A stretch of DNA of 64,000 nt from an uncultured delta proteobacterium (lineage in GTDB: Bacteria > Desulfobacterota > Desulfobacteria > Desulfobacterales > UBA2156), in NCBI GenBank assembly GCA_963736855.1, contig CAVTQK010000009.1, positions 64,001 to 128,000 of the forward strand. Direction: 5' to 3'. Of the stretch, positions 19,845 through 28,237 are shown piece by piece. Position 1 is the stretch's first letter, and each line of letters begins with the position of its first letter. The notes under the pieces were generated by a model. That model made no database searches and was not told the origin of the DNA. It was given only the letters and a program-made list of their open reading frames with translations. The translations under genes were made by a program, and so were the position numbers.

Positions 19845-20990
19845 TCAGATGCGCTGACCTTGAACCATTGGAAGGCCTAATTCCCGGGCGTTGACGATGC
19901 TGGGTGCAGCATGGGGGAGTTTCTTTCCGAGGAAGGGCGTTATATCGGTTTCCGCCCAAACAGGATCCCCCCGAAGGATGGCAGCGACATTGGCGGCCGC
20001 AAGAACGGCCATCCCCTCCCGGGTCCAGCCGCTGGCCGAGGCGATATGGGGGACGATCACCACGTTTTCCAGATCCGACAGACCCGGTTTGAGTGTCGGT
20101 TCATCCTCGAACACATCCAATCCTGCCCGAAAACCGGGGTGCTTCCGGCAGTGCGCCACCAGCGCGGCTTCGTCGATGACCGGGCCCCGACTGGTATTGA
20201 TCAGCAGGGCGGTTTCCTTCATCAGCGAAAGGCGTTCGGCGTTAATCAAGTGGTGTGTGGATGCATCCAGGACGGTGTGGATGCTCACGAAGTCGGCTTG
20301 AGGCAGAAGGTCTTCCAACCGTTCGGTTCGCCGACAGGTCACCGGCGCCTCACCCCGGGATTCCAGGAATCGCCCATAGTCTTGGATGTAGGCTTCCAGG
20401 TCAGTATTCGGGCGCAGGTCATAATAGAGGATGTTCATTTTGAATCCTTCCGCCATCATCCTGGCGTATGCCTCGCCGATGCGTCCGGCTCCGATGATCC
20501 CTACCGTCTTTCGCCAAAGTCGTTCCCCTAAAAATAGAGTGGGGAGCCATCCGGTAAATTTTCCCGCCCTTAAAAACCGTTCCGCTTCACCGACGCGTCG
20601 GGCAGCGGCAAAGGTCAGCGCCACGGCCATCTCTGCCGTGGTTTCCGTCAGAACCCCGGGAGTATTTCCCACGGGGATCCCGTAACGGGTGGCAACGGCT
20701 AAGTCAACGTTGTTGAAACCCACGGCATAGTTGCTGTAGACCCTGCCGCCGGCCGTCTTCAGCGCGGCAAACAGCGTTTCTCCCCATGGTTCGGTCAGTT
20801 GACCGATGGCGCCGTAGCACCGGGATCCGATGGCGGACCGGATTTCATCCAGAGAGAGAGTCGCATCCGACCGGCAGATTTCCACCCGGCAGTCGGCCAC
20901 TGTTAAAATATCGAGCCAGCGGGTTCCCGGAAGCGTCTTGGTGACGATCACTCGATTTCGTCCTGCCGCATTGACCGTTTTCCATTCCAT
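19845..20990 (-). CDS. D-glycerate dehydrogenase / hydroxypyruvate reductase (D-2-hydroxyacid dehydrogenase family, plant HPR1-like)
   Basis: AVGFNNVD, GNTPGVLTETTAE, GIIGAGRIG, NTSRGPVIDE, GLDVFEDEP, PHIASAS. Confidence 0.9.
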   Translation of the reverse strand: MEWKTVNAAGRNRVIVTKTLPGTRWLDILTVADCRVEICRSDATLSLDEIRSAIGSRCYGAIGQLTEPWGETLFAALKTAGGRVYSNYAVGFNNVDLAVATRYGIPVGNTPGVLTETTAEMAVALTFAAARRVGEAERFLRAGKFTGWLPTLFLGERLWRKTVGIIGAGRIGEAYARMMAEGFKMNILYYDLRPNTDLEAYIQDYGRFLESRGEAPVTCRRTERLEDLLPQADFVSIHTVLDASTHHLINAERLSLMKETALLINTSRGPVIDEAALVAHCRKHPGFRAGLDVFEDEPTLKPGLSDLENVVIVPHIASASGWTREGMAVLAAANVAAILRGDPVWAETDITPFLGKKLPHAAPSIVNARELGLPMVQGQRI

Positions 20991-21172
20991 TTTGAACCAT
21001 CCGACTCGTTTTTTCCTGATCGAACCAGCGTGAAGGAGCGATTGTGTCTAGGATTGAATTGGAAGCTACCAGAATTTTTGCTCTTGAACAATTCCGAAAT
21101 GGGGACCCGAGCCATCGAGCGGCAATTCAATGACGTCCAAGAGCTTCCGCCGATGGATGCTTAGGCAGGCAA

Positions 21173-21529
21173 TTACTCGAGCCGTCTCTTTGCAATCGGC
21201 TCTATCCAGGCCTCTTTTCCGAAAGCCTGTGTGAGCGCCTCGATGACGGCCTTCATCTTTGAAGAATCTTCGGTTTCCAAAACAAGATCGAACTCGTCGA
21301 TCAGCTTCAGCCTTCCGTGCCGCTGAAAAATTTCGATGGCCTTTTCGACGTCCACGGTGAACCATCCTTTCATGCGGCGCAAAAGCTCTTCTCCTTTGAA
21401 GGGGCGCTCGATGACCAGGTCGACCTTCCGGTATTTGGCTTCCCAGCCGATAACCGCCGGCTTTTTAAGCACCGGCCGAACCGGATCGTGGACCGCGGCA
21501 CACGTGAACCACAAAAGAGCACGTTCCAT
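21173..21529 (-). CDS. Hypothetical protein (118 aa)
   Basis: ATG after AAGGA RBS, protein-like composition, fills the gap between recognised genes. Confidence 0.65.
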   Translation of the reverse strand: MERALLWFTCAAVHDPVRPVLKKPAVIGWEAKYRKVDLVIERPFKGEELLRRMKGWFTVDVEKAIEIFQRHGRLKLIDEFDLVLETEDSSKMKAVIEALTQAFGKEAWIEPIAKRRLE

Positions 21530-21706
21530 GGCGCTTCCTTTTTGAATAAGTCATCGTGAATGATGCTACGGAGATGAAAAACCATAGGATTTATATTTTG
21601 AGAAGTCAATGCGGGTGGCAGTGGTTGTTTGCGGCGGACATTTCATGATAGAGGTTGGTGCATAGGCATCCGAAAGATTTAAACTGATTCTTGAAAAGGC
21701 CGGAAA

Positions 21707-22360
21707 ATGGACTTATTCGAAGCGATACAAAAACGGAAAAGCGCCAGGGCTTTTTTGGACAAAACGGTGTCCCGGAAAGAGATCCAGGAGATTATCGCCT
21801 TTGCGGGGATGGCTCCCTCGGCCATTAACCTGCAGCCCTGGGAGTATGTGGTCACTTATGGAGAGGAAAAAGAACGGTTGGTCAGAAGGCTCTTAAAGGC
21901 CCGAACGGAAATGCAGGTCTCCTGCGGTCCCGGAACCGCAAAGCCGCTTCCCCGGCATTTTGCCGAAAGGAGCCGGTCCTCTGTTCGGATCATGCAACCA
22001 TTCATCGATAAGACCGGAAAGTCATTTAATCAATTCATCGAGGAAGGAAGCTGTCGTTTCTACGGCGCTCCCGTGGCCATCATTGTGACCCTGGATCAGG
22101 TTTTTCCCAAGATCCGGTACCTGGATGTGGGGTTGAGCGTGGCTTATCTGCTGCTCGCCGCCCAGGCCAAGGGGCTTGCCACCTGTCCCATCGGATTGAT
22201 CACGGCTTATGCCGATCACATCAAAGATACCCTCAGCATTCCGGAGGACAAAAAGATCCTGCTGGGCATCGCCCTGGGGTATGCGGATCCGGATGCGCCG
22301 GAAAATGCCTTTAAGATTCCGAGAGATGACCCATCGGCGATCTTGAAATGGTACGAATGA
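21707..22360 (+). CDS. Nitroreductase family protein
   Basis: IQKRKSARAF, APSAINLQPWEY, FYGAPVAI, LLLAAQAKGLATCPIG, IALGY. Confidence 0.92.
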   Translation: MDLFEAIQKRKSARAFLDKTVSRKEIQEIIAFAGMAPSAINLQPWEYVVTYGEEKERLVRRLLKARTEMQVSCGPGTAKPLPRHFAERSRSSVRIMQPFIDKTGKSFNQFIEEGSCRFYGAPVAIIVTLDQVFPKIRYLDVGLSVAYLLLAAQAKGLATCPIGLITAYADHIKDTLSIPEDKKILLGIALGYADPDAPENAFKIPRDDPSAILKWYE

Positions 22361-22446
22361 TCCCACCATTTGTTGGCCTGATGAGTTATCGCGTTTTCCG
22401 AATCTGCTCGAATCCATCGAAAGAACGCAAAGAAAAATAAGGTTTA

Positions 22447-23652
22447 TCATCCTTCATCGCTGAGGGTGGTATCGGTGGATACCCGCCTTGCCCCTGGTTC
22501 CGGTTCAGGCAAGAGATGGCGCGGTAAGAAAGCGATTCCGGCGATGAGAGTGGGAATCACTGCGCTGGCGATGACAGTGGCCACCAAAAAGGAGTACTGG
22601 CCCTGGCTGACGATTCCGTGCGAGAAGCCGTACAATGCGGAGATCGTGCCGAAAGTAAGCCCCGTGGACATCAGGAGGGTGTAATACCACCGCTCGTCAT
22701 TCCTTTTACGAAACAGGCCGATGATGGGGTACAAACCGAAAATCTTTGACAACACCTTTCCTCCCAGCAACGCCAGAAAAACCAGAGGTGCGGACATCAA
22801 AGTCGGTAGAGAAACGAAAGTCCCCGCCCGGATGAAGTAAAAAGGCGTAAGAAACCCCACGGTCAGGGTTCGGAGGCGTCGCACCCAGAACGTGTCACCG
22901 TTGGAAAACTCGGCAAGGAACATTCCGGCAAGATAGGCGGGAAGCACGGCCTCGCTCCCCGACCAAAGCGCCAGGGCTCCCAACCCGAACAAAACGAGAA
23001 TGACCCACTTGGTTCGGATCGCCGCCGTGCGAAATCCGTAAATCTGGGTGAAAAAGCGGCTGGAGGCAGGTAGAAAGATGAGAACGATTGTTGTGACACC
23101 GATAAAAACCAGCGTTTTAAATGTGAAAGGAGCGAACAACAAGCCAAGAGCGATGACGGTACCGAGATCGTTGATGAAGCAGGCGCCCAGGATCCCTTTG
23201 CCGAAGTCGGTTCGGTTGAATCCCGTTTCCAGCATCACCGCATACACTACCGCCATGGAAGTGGTGGAAAGGGCCACGCCGCAAAGGAGGCTTGCCCGGA
23301 GATCCCAGTTCAAAAGGTAACGAGCGATAGCCGCGCACCCTAAAAACGGCGCCAGAAAGCCAACCAAGCCCACCACCGACACCTCCTTCAATTTTTTCCG
23401 CATCACCTCCGGCTCGAGTTCGGCACCGGCTAAAAAGGTAAGCAGGACCGCACCCGAAGCTGCCAGAAATCGCAGCCACTCCAAATTGGAGCCCAGAGCA
23501 TCTCCTTTTTGGATACAACCCGCGACGGCGGCAGCGATCACTCCCACGCAGATTTCAACCAATGCGATGGACACCCGTAAATGGTATGCAACAACAGCGG
23601 AGACAACAGCCAGTCCGAGCCACAGCGCAGCAACAGCAAAGATCTGTTCCAT
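22447..23652 (-). CDS. Cation:proton antiporter (CPA2 family)
   Basis: Many TM helices; TFLAGAELE, LSTTSMAVVYAVM, FINDLGTV, TPFYFIRAG. Confidence 0.88.
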   Translation of the reverse strand: MEQIFAVAALWLGLAVVSAVVAYHLRVSIALVEICVGVIAAAVAGCIQKGDALGSNLEWLRFLAASGAVLLTFLAGAELEPEVMRKKLKEVSVVGLVGFLAPFLGCAAIARYLLNWDLRASLLCGVALSTTSMAVVYAVMLETGFNRTDFGKGILGACFINDLGTVIALGLLFAPFTFKTLVFIGVTTIVLIFLPASSRFFTQIYGFRTAAIRTKWVILVLFGLGALALWSGSEAVLPAYLAGMFLAEFSNGDTFWVRRLRTLTVGFLTPFYFIRAGTFVSLPTLMSAPLVFLALLGGKVLSKIFGLYPIIGLFRKRNDERWYYTLLMSTGLTFGTISALYGFSHGIVSQGQYSFLVATVIASAVIPTLIAGIAFLPRHLLPEPEPGARRVSTDTTLSDEG

Positions 23653-23678
23653 TCATCACCTCTTCGAATGCATGTTTC

Positions 23679-24371
23679 CTATTCAAGAAACGGGTAGCAG
23701 GACGAGACATCGTCGAAGTTGCGGCCGGAAAGGTAATCGGCGATGGCCCGATCGTAGGCAGCGGTGTGGGAAAAGGCTTTCTGGGCCAGCCGGAACCGAA
23801 GCTTCAGGGTTGTGGCGCCGTTGTTTGCCTCGAGTTCTTTGACAATGGTCGGATAATCTTCAGGATCCACCACGGATGCCACCCGGATGAAATTTTTAGA
23901 GGCCGCCCGGATCATGCAGGGACCGCCGATATCGATGTTGCCCCGTGCTGCTTCCACGGTGGTCCCCGGTCTGGAGATGGTCGCCTGAAAGGGATACAGG
24001 TTCACGACGACCATGTCGATGGGAACGCTTGCCGTACGCTTCAAGTCCCCTTGGTGTGCCTCGTTGTATGTTTCCGTCAGAAGCCCCAGGTAGACCTTGA
24101 AATCGAGGGTCTTGACCAGCCCCCCCTGGGTTTCCGGTTGCCCGGTGTATTCGGAGACTTGCCGTAGGATCGCCTTTGCCTTGTTCCCGAGGATTTCCCG
24201 GATCCGGCCGAAGGTGCCGCCCGTCGAAAAGATCCGAATGCCCGGACAGATTTCGACAAGCCGGCTCACCAGGGTTTCAAGCCCCGATTTGTCCGAAACG
24301 CTGATCAGGACGTGATTCACCTTGACCCGGTCGTCGATTTTTTCTACCACGTTGATAATCATTGTCTTCAC
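23679..24371 (-). CDS. Stand-alone IMP cyclohydrolase (PurH N-terminal, MGS-like domain)
   Basis: LISVSDKSGL, STGGT, GLVKTL, DMVVVNLYPF, NIDIGGPCMIRAASKN, AFSHTAAYDRAIADY; ends before the AICAR transformylase domain. Confidence 0.88.
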   Translation of the reverse strand: MKTMIINVVEKIDDRVKVNHVLISVSDKSGLETLVSRLVEICPGIRIFSTGGTFGRIREILGNKAKAILRQVSEYTGQPETQGGLVKTLDFKVYLGLLTETYNEAHQGDLKRTASVPIDMVVVNLYPFQATISRPGTTVEAARGNIDIGGPCMIRAASKNFIRVASVVDPEDYPTIVKELEANNGATTLKLRFRLAQKAFSHTAAYDRAIADYLSGRNFDDVSSCYPFLE

Positions 24372-25069
24372 CTCTTTCCTGAATGTTCTTCTTGAAATTG
24401 CTGAAAAAAGACTTCCATGAACCGGTGGCGGTCTTCCGCCAGCCGCCTGCCGGTTTCGGTTTGCATACGATTCCGTATTTTTGACAGCTTGACTTGGTAT
24501 TCGCGAAAGCCGGTGTCGTTTTTAGAATAGGGCCGTGCGGCTTCAATTTTCACGAAAGGATTGTGCAGCCGGGCCCCGATTTCTCCGGCAAAGAGATAAG
24601 CCCGGGCGATCCCCACCGCCCCGATGGCATCCAGCTTGTCCGCATCAAAAAGGACCTTGGCTTCGATGCTTTCCGGTGCATGTTTACCGCGAAACCGGTG
24701 GGAACGGATGCAATGAAGGATATTATCGTGACGATTCCGGGAAAAGCCATAAGGGGTTATGATCGCCTCGGCCATCTGAGCCCCTTTTTCCGCATGACAG
24801 ACTCTGCCTTTGGAGGCGTCCTGGTAGCATCGGCCGATGTCATGTAAATAGGCCGCTGTCAGAAGAACTTCCATATCCGCCCCTTCAGGAGGGCCCATGC
24901 GGCGGCACAGGCGGCAGACCCGCTGCGTATGCTCCCAGTCATGACTGGCCCGGGCACCGATAAAAAGTGCTTTCACCGCAGTCGGAATTCGCTTTAAAGA
25001 TAGGATCTCTTCCTTCCGATCTTCCGGCATCAATACGACTCCGGAAATGGCGGTCTTAGGTTGCTTCAT
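24368..25069 (-). CDS. HD-domain phosphohydrolase
   Basis: HDWEHTQRV, AAYLHDIGR, HAEKGA, HRFR, LFDADKLDAIGAVGIAR. Confidence 0.9.
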   Translation of the reverse strand: MKQPKTAISGVVLMPEDRKEEILSLKRIPTAVKALFIGARASHDWEHTQRVCRLCRRMGPPEGADMEVLLTAAYLHDIGRCYQDASKGRVCHAEKGAQMAEAIITPYGFSRNRHDNILHCIRSHRFRGKHAPESIEAKVLFDADKLDAIGAVGIARAYLFAGEIGARLHNPFVKIEAARPYSKNDTGFREYQVKLSKIRNRMQTETGRRLAEDRHRFMEVFFQQFQEEHSGKR

Positions 25070-25081
25070 GTAAAAAGGCCT

Positions 25082-25558
25082 TCATCCTGAACGCTTGCCG
25101 GTCATGTTTTCGATGTCCACCCGGAGGATCATCATTCGCTCAAAGGCTTCGTCGGTATAGCTGAAGGGTCCATCGGCATAGTGCCTCATGATGATGTCCA
25201 TGGCATTACGTTTTATAGCCGGATCATCAATGAAACGGACCCTTCCAAAGGCCATGACGCTTGAGTAACGCATGGAGAATCGACACGCCCTTTCGTTTTT
25301 AACGAGAACGTCATCCGTATCGAATTCCACGCAGACATTTGCGTTTTTTTTGAGAATATCGATTTTCCGGCCCGCTTTGGCGGAGTGCAAAAAGAGCGCA
25401 CCGGCATCATAACCGAAACACATGGGAACAACATATGGCCGATCGCCGTCCACCATGGCGACATGGCATATCTCGGTTTTTTGAATCACCGATTCGATCT
25501 CTTGAATATCCGTGATCTCTTTTTCTTTTCGTCGCATGCTCCGGATGGCCCTATTCAA
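25082..25558 (-). CDS. Pyridoxamine 5'-phosphate oxidase-like flavin-binding protein (NimA-like)
   Basis: MRRKEKEI, PYVVPMCFGY, HSAKAGRKIDIL, YSSVMAFG, MTGK. Confidence 0.88.
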   Translation of the reverse strand: MNRAIRSMRRKEKEITDIQEIESVIQKTEICHVAMVDGDRPYVVPMCFGYDAGALFLHSAKAGRKIDILKKNANVCVEFDTDDVLVKNERACRFSMRYSSVMAFGRVRFIDDPAIKRNAMDIIMRHYADGPFSYTDEAFERMMILRVDIENMTGKRSG

Positions 25559-25826
25559 AACGATAATGCTTTTTGACGCTTTTGTGGATTTTCCAGGTGC
25601 ACGACATTCCCTTGGGGAACGTGACGAGATCCCCTGTTCCGATGGAAACGGGCTGCCCTTCCTCCGGGGTGACGATCACTTCTCCATCGAGAAAGTAGCA
25701 GGTTTCTTCGGTGTCGTAGGTCCAGGGAAACTCCGAGACCTCTTTAGTCCAGATGGGCCATTCAAAAACTCCGGCCTCTTGGAGCGTCTTCTGATCAGGC
25801 TTGCGTTCGATTTTGATTTTCTTCAT
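25551..25826 (-). CDS. Cupin (DUF861 / cupin_3) protein
   Basis: WPIWTKEVSEFPWTYDTEETCYFLDGEV...GDLVTFPKGMSCTW...KHY. Confidence 0.9.
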   Translation of the reverse strand: MKKIKIERKPDQKTLQEAGVFEWPIWTKEVSEFPWTYDTEETCYFLDGEVIVTPEEGQPVSIGTGDLVTFPKGMSCTWKIHKSVKKHYRFE

Positions 25827-25850
25827 GACCGGTCCCTTTGAGATCGGATC

Positions 25851-26201
25851 TTATGTAGTTTTGGGCTCTTCGGGTGTTCCGCATACGTTGCAGCGATCGT
25901 CGGAACCGATGACGCCGATACAGGCTTCGTCCGAACAAAGTCTGCGGCTTTCCCAGTAGGCATCCAAATCCGTTGTTTCCTCCTCGGTGTCGGGTTTGGG
26001 TTCGTGCGGCCGGTATGTTCCCTTTGTATCATCGATGGGTTCGGTTGTTCGGATCTGATGGCAATTCGGATCTTCAGGTTTTCCGCAAACGCCGCAACGA
26101 CCGTCAGGGCCGATGACGCCGATACAGGCTTCGTCCGAACAAAGTCTGCGGCTTTCCCAGTCCAGCTCTTCCTGGGATTTTTCTTTTTCGTCTGCTTCCA
26201 A
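25851..26201 (-). CDS. Small acidic protein with two copies of a 4-Cys (Cx4C-x9-Cx2C) motif
   Basis: WESRRLCSDEACIGVIG(P/S)D(G/D)RC(G/N)VCG(K/T)PE occurs twice; TTG start. Confidence 0.7.
   Translation of the reverse strand: MEADEKEKSQEELDWESRRLCSDEACIGVIGPDGRCGVCGKPEDPNCHQIRTTEPIDDTKGTYRPHEPKPDTEEETTDLDAYWESRRLCSDEACIGVIGSDDRCNVCGTPEEPKTT
25906..26161. repeat. 52-bp perfect direct repeat (25906-25957 and 26110-26161)
   Basis: CCGATGACGCCGATACAGGCTTCGTCCGAACAAAGTCTGCGGCTTTCCCAGT identical in both copies. Confidence 0.9.
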
Positions 26202-26436
26202 AGCGCCCCCCTTTGCTCCACATTCATTGAAAAAAATTCATCCTTTGGCGGGCCTTCATAGCAAGAACCGCCAACACTGTAAATACGCCGGCGCTCTTTT
26301 TAGAAAACATTGATCCGATGACCGATTTAGCGATTTGAATCACCACATTGCTCCACCTTGATGGAGGTGCCCCCGATTTATATTTAACTTCATCGAATTA
26401 TTATAAAAAATATTGAGTCGAGGTCGTATTTTTTCC

Positions 26437-26500
26437 TTGACATTCGATTAAAAATCGGTTTTTATGCGCAACAAGTGGTATAAAGTGGTATAAAAGGGTG
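26437..26500 (+). promoter_or_regulatory. dcw promoter and MraZ-binding direct repeats
   Basis: TTGACA at 26437 with TTTTAT 17 nt later; AAGTGGTATA-AAGTGGTATA-AAAGGGTG 10-bp periodic GTGG boxes just upstream of the mraZ ATG. Confidence 0.75.
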
Positions 26501-26505
26501 AATTT

Positions 26506-26952
26506 ATGTTCAGGGGGAGTTCCTTTCATTCCGTTGATGATAAAGGCCGGTTGGTCATTCCCGCTCGTTTCCGGGAAAAAATAGGGAACAGCGGGGCGGA
26601 CCGCCTGATGCTGTCGAAGCTGGACAAATGCCTCCATGCATACCCCTTCGATGAATGGAAGAAGATGGAAGGCAAGATCCTGTCTCTGGTTGAAACGAGC
26701 GACAAACTGCGCCGTTTCAGACGGGTTTTCATCGGCGGTGCTTCGGACTGCCCCATAGACAAGCAGGGACGCATGTTGATCCCGCCCCTCTTGAGACAGT
26801 ATGCGGGGATCGAGAAGGAAGTGGTCTTGGTGGGCGTCCTCAATCATTTCGAGATCTGGTCCCGGGAGAAATGGGAAGAAGAAAATAACGAAATGGAACA
26901 GGATATGAAGAAGGAGGAAGTCCGGAACGAGATTGCCAAGCTAGGGATATGA
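26506..26952 (+). CDS. mraZ: Division/cell wall cluster transcriptional repressor MraZ
   Basis: MFRG...VDDKGRLVIPARFR, IDKQGRMLIP, FEIWS. Confidence 0.97.
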   Translation: MFRGSSFHSVDDKGRLVIPARFREKIGNSGADRLMLSKLDKCLHAYPFDEWKKMEGKILSLVETSDKLRRFRRVFIGGASDCPIDKQGRMLIPPLLRQYAGIEKEVVLVGVLNHFEIWSREKWEEENNEMEQDMKKEEVRNEIAKLGI

Positions 26953-26955
26953 TCG

Positions 26956-27948
26956 ATGCCGTTTCATCATGTTCCCGTCATGACCCAGGAGATCCTCCAT
27001 TATCTGAAACCCGAACAGGGACGCATCTTCACGGATTGCACCCTTGGAGGCGGAGGACATGCCAGGGCAATTTTGGAAACCCTTCCGCCGGAGGGGATCC
27101 TCATCGGCATCGATTGGGACCGGGAATCAATCGCCTACGCCCAGCAGGTCCTGAAACCCTATAAAAACCGGATGCATTTGTTTCACGGCAATTTCACGCA
27201 ACTCCCGGACTACCTTCAGCAACTGAAAGTTCCGGCCGTTGACGGCATACTCCTCGATCTGGGTGCTTCCCTGCAACAACTCGAATACGCCGGAAAAGGT
27301 TTCAGTTTCAATAAGGATGAGCCTTTGGATATGCGGATGGATGATCGAACACGCATACGGGCTGAAGACCTGGTCAATGATCTGTCGGAAAAGGAGCTGG
27401 CGGATCTTTTCAAGAGTTTCGGCGAGGAGCGATGGGCCAAAAGGATCGCCAAAAATGTGGTTCGGGTCAGGATCCGCCATCGTATCCGCAGCAGTCTTGA
27501 GCTATCCGAGATCGTATCGGCGGTCGTTCCTTTGCGGACTCCGGCCGCCCGAAGGATCCATCCGGCGACCCGTGTGTTTATGGCCTTGCGCATCGCCGTA
27601 AATCGCGAACTGGAAAACCTGAAAGCCTTTTTGGATCGGGCCATCGATGTGCTCAACCCTTTGGGGCGCCTTTGTATCGTCTCTTTTCACTCCCTGGAGG
27701 ATCGGATGGTAAAGACCCGCTTCAGAGAGTTGGAGAATCCGTGCACATGTCCGCCGGATTTTCCCTGGTGCACCTGTCATCGGAAACCGGTTCTTCAAGT
27801 TCTCACGAAAAGACCGGTCAGACCTTCGGATGCAGAAATCCGAAAAAACCATATGGCACGAAGCGCCCGGCTGCGAGCTGCCGTACGGATCGGTACGGAT
27901 GTATCTCCGGTATATGGGGAAGGGATAAAGGATGATGCCCATGCCTGA
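26956..27948 (+). CDS. rsmH: 16S rRNA m4C1402 methyltransferase
   Basis: HVPVM, DCTLGGGGH, PLDMRMD, HPATRVFMALRIAVNREL, SFHSLEDR, ARSARLR. Confidence 0.97.
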   Translation: MPFHHVPVMTQEILHYLKPEQGRIFTDCTLGGGGHARAILETLPPEGILIGIDWDRESIAYAQQVLKPYKNRMHLFHGNFTQLPDYLQQLKVPAVDGILLDLGASLQQLEYAGKGFSFNKDEPLDMRMDDRTRIRAEDLVNDLSEKELADLFKSFGEERWAKRIAKNVVRVRIRHRIRSSLELSEIVSAVVPLRTPAARRIHPATRVFMALRIAVNRELENLKAFLDRAIDVLNPLGRLCIVSFHSLEDRMVKTRFRELENPCTCPPDFPWCTCHRKPVLQVLTKRPVRPSDAEIRKNHMARSARLRAAVRIGTDVSPVYGEGIKDDAHA

Positions 27949-28237
27949 GCGCACCGGGAAAAGACCGGGGAGACGGATCGCCGTCATCCCCTGGTTGGTG
28001 ATCCTGAGTCTCTTTGTGATGGAGCTTTTTTTCTACACTTGGTGCGGCGTACAATCCATGAAAGTCAGCTACGAAATTTCAAATGCCATGGATCGACACA
28101 ATGAGCTCGCTATGCTTGAAAAGAGTCTGACCATCGAGCTTGCCCACCTTCGTTCGCCCCAGAGCCTTTCCGAGTTGACACGAAAGCAGTTTGAGTTGCA
28201 TATGCCGACACCAGAACAGGTGATGATGTTTCCATGA
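27932..28237 (+). CDS. ftsL: Cell division protein FtsL
   Basis: About 100 aa, single TM plus coiled coil, LRSP motif, between rsmH and ftsI. Confidence 0.8.
   Translation: MMPMPERTGKRPGRRIAVIPWLVILSLFVMELFFYTWCGVQSMKVSYEISNAMDRHNELAMLEKSLTIELAHLRSPQSLSELTRKQFELHMPTPEQVMMFP

Noticed and set aside
23653..23700. Fluoride riboswitch before the CPA2 antiporter (GGTGATG seen)
   Set aside because: GAGGTGATG is simply the RBS; only 26 bp separate the gene from purH-N and the pairing partner is absent
25823..26227. 134-aa alternative-frame ORF over the Cys-repeat gene
   Set aside because: The other frame gives a coherent duplicated Cys motif; this one has no recognisable features
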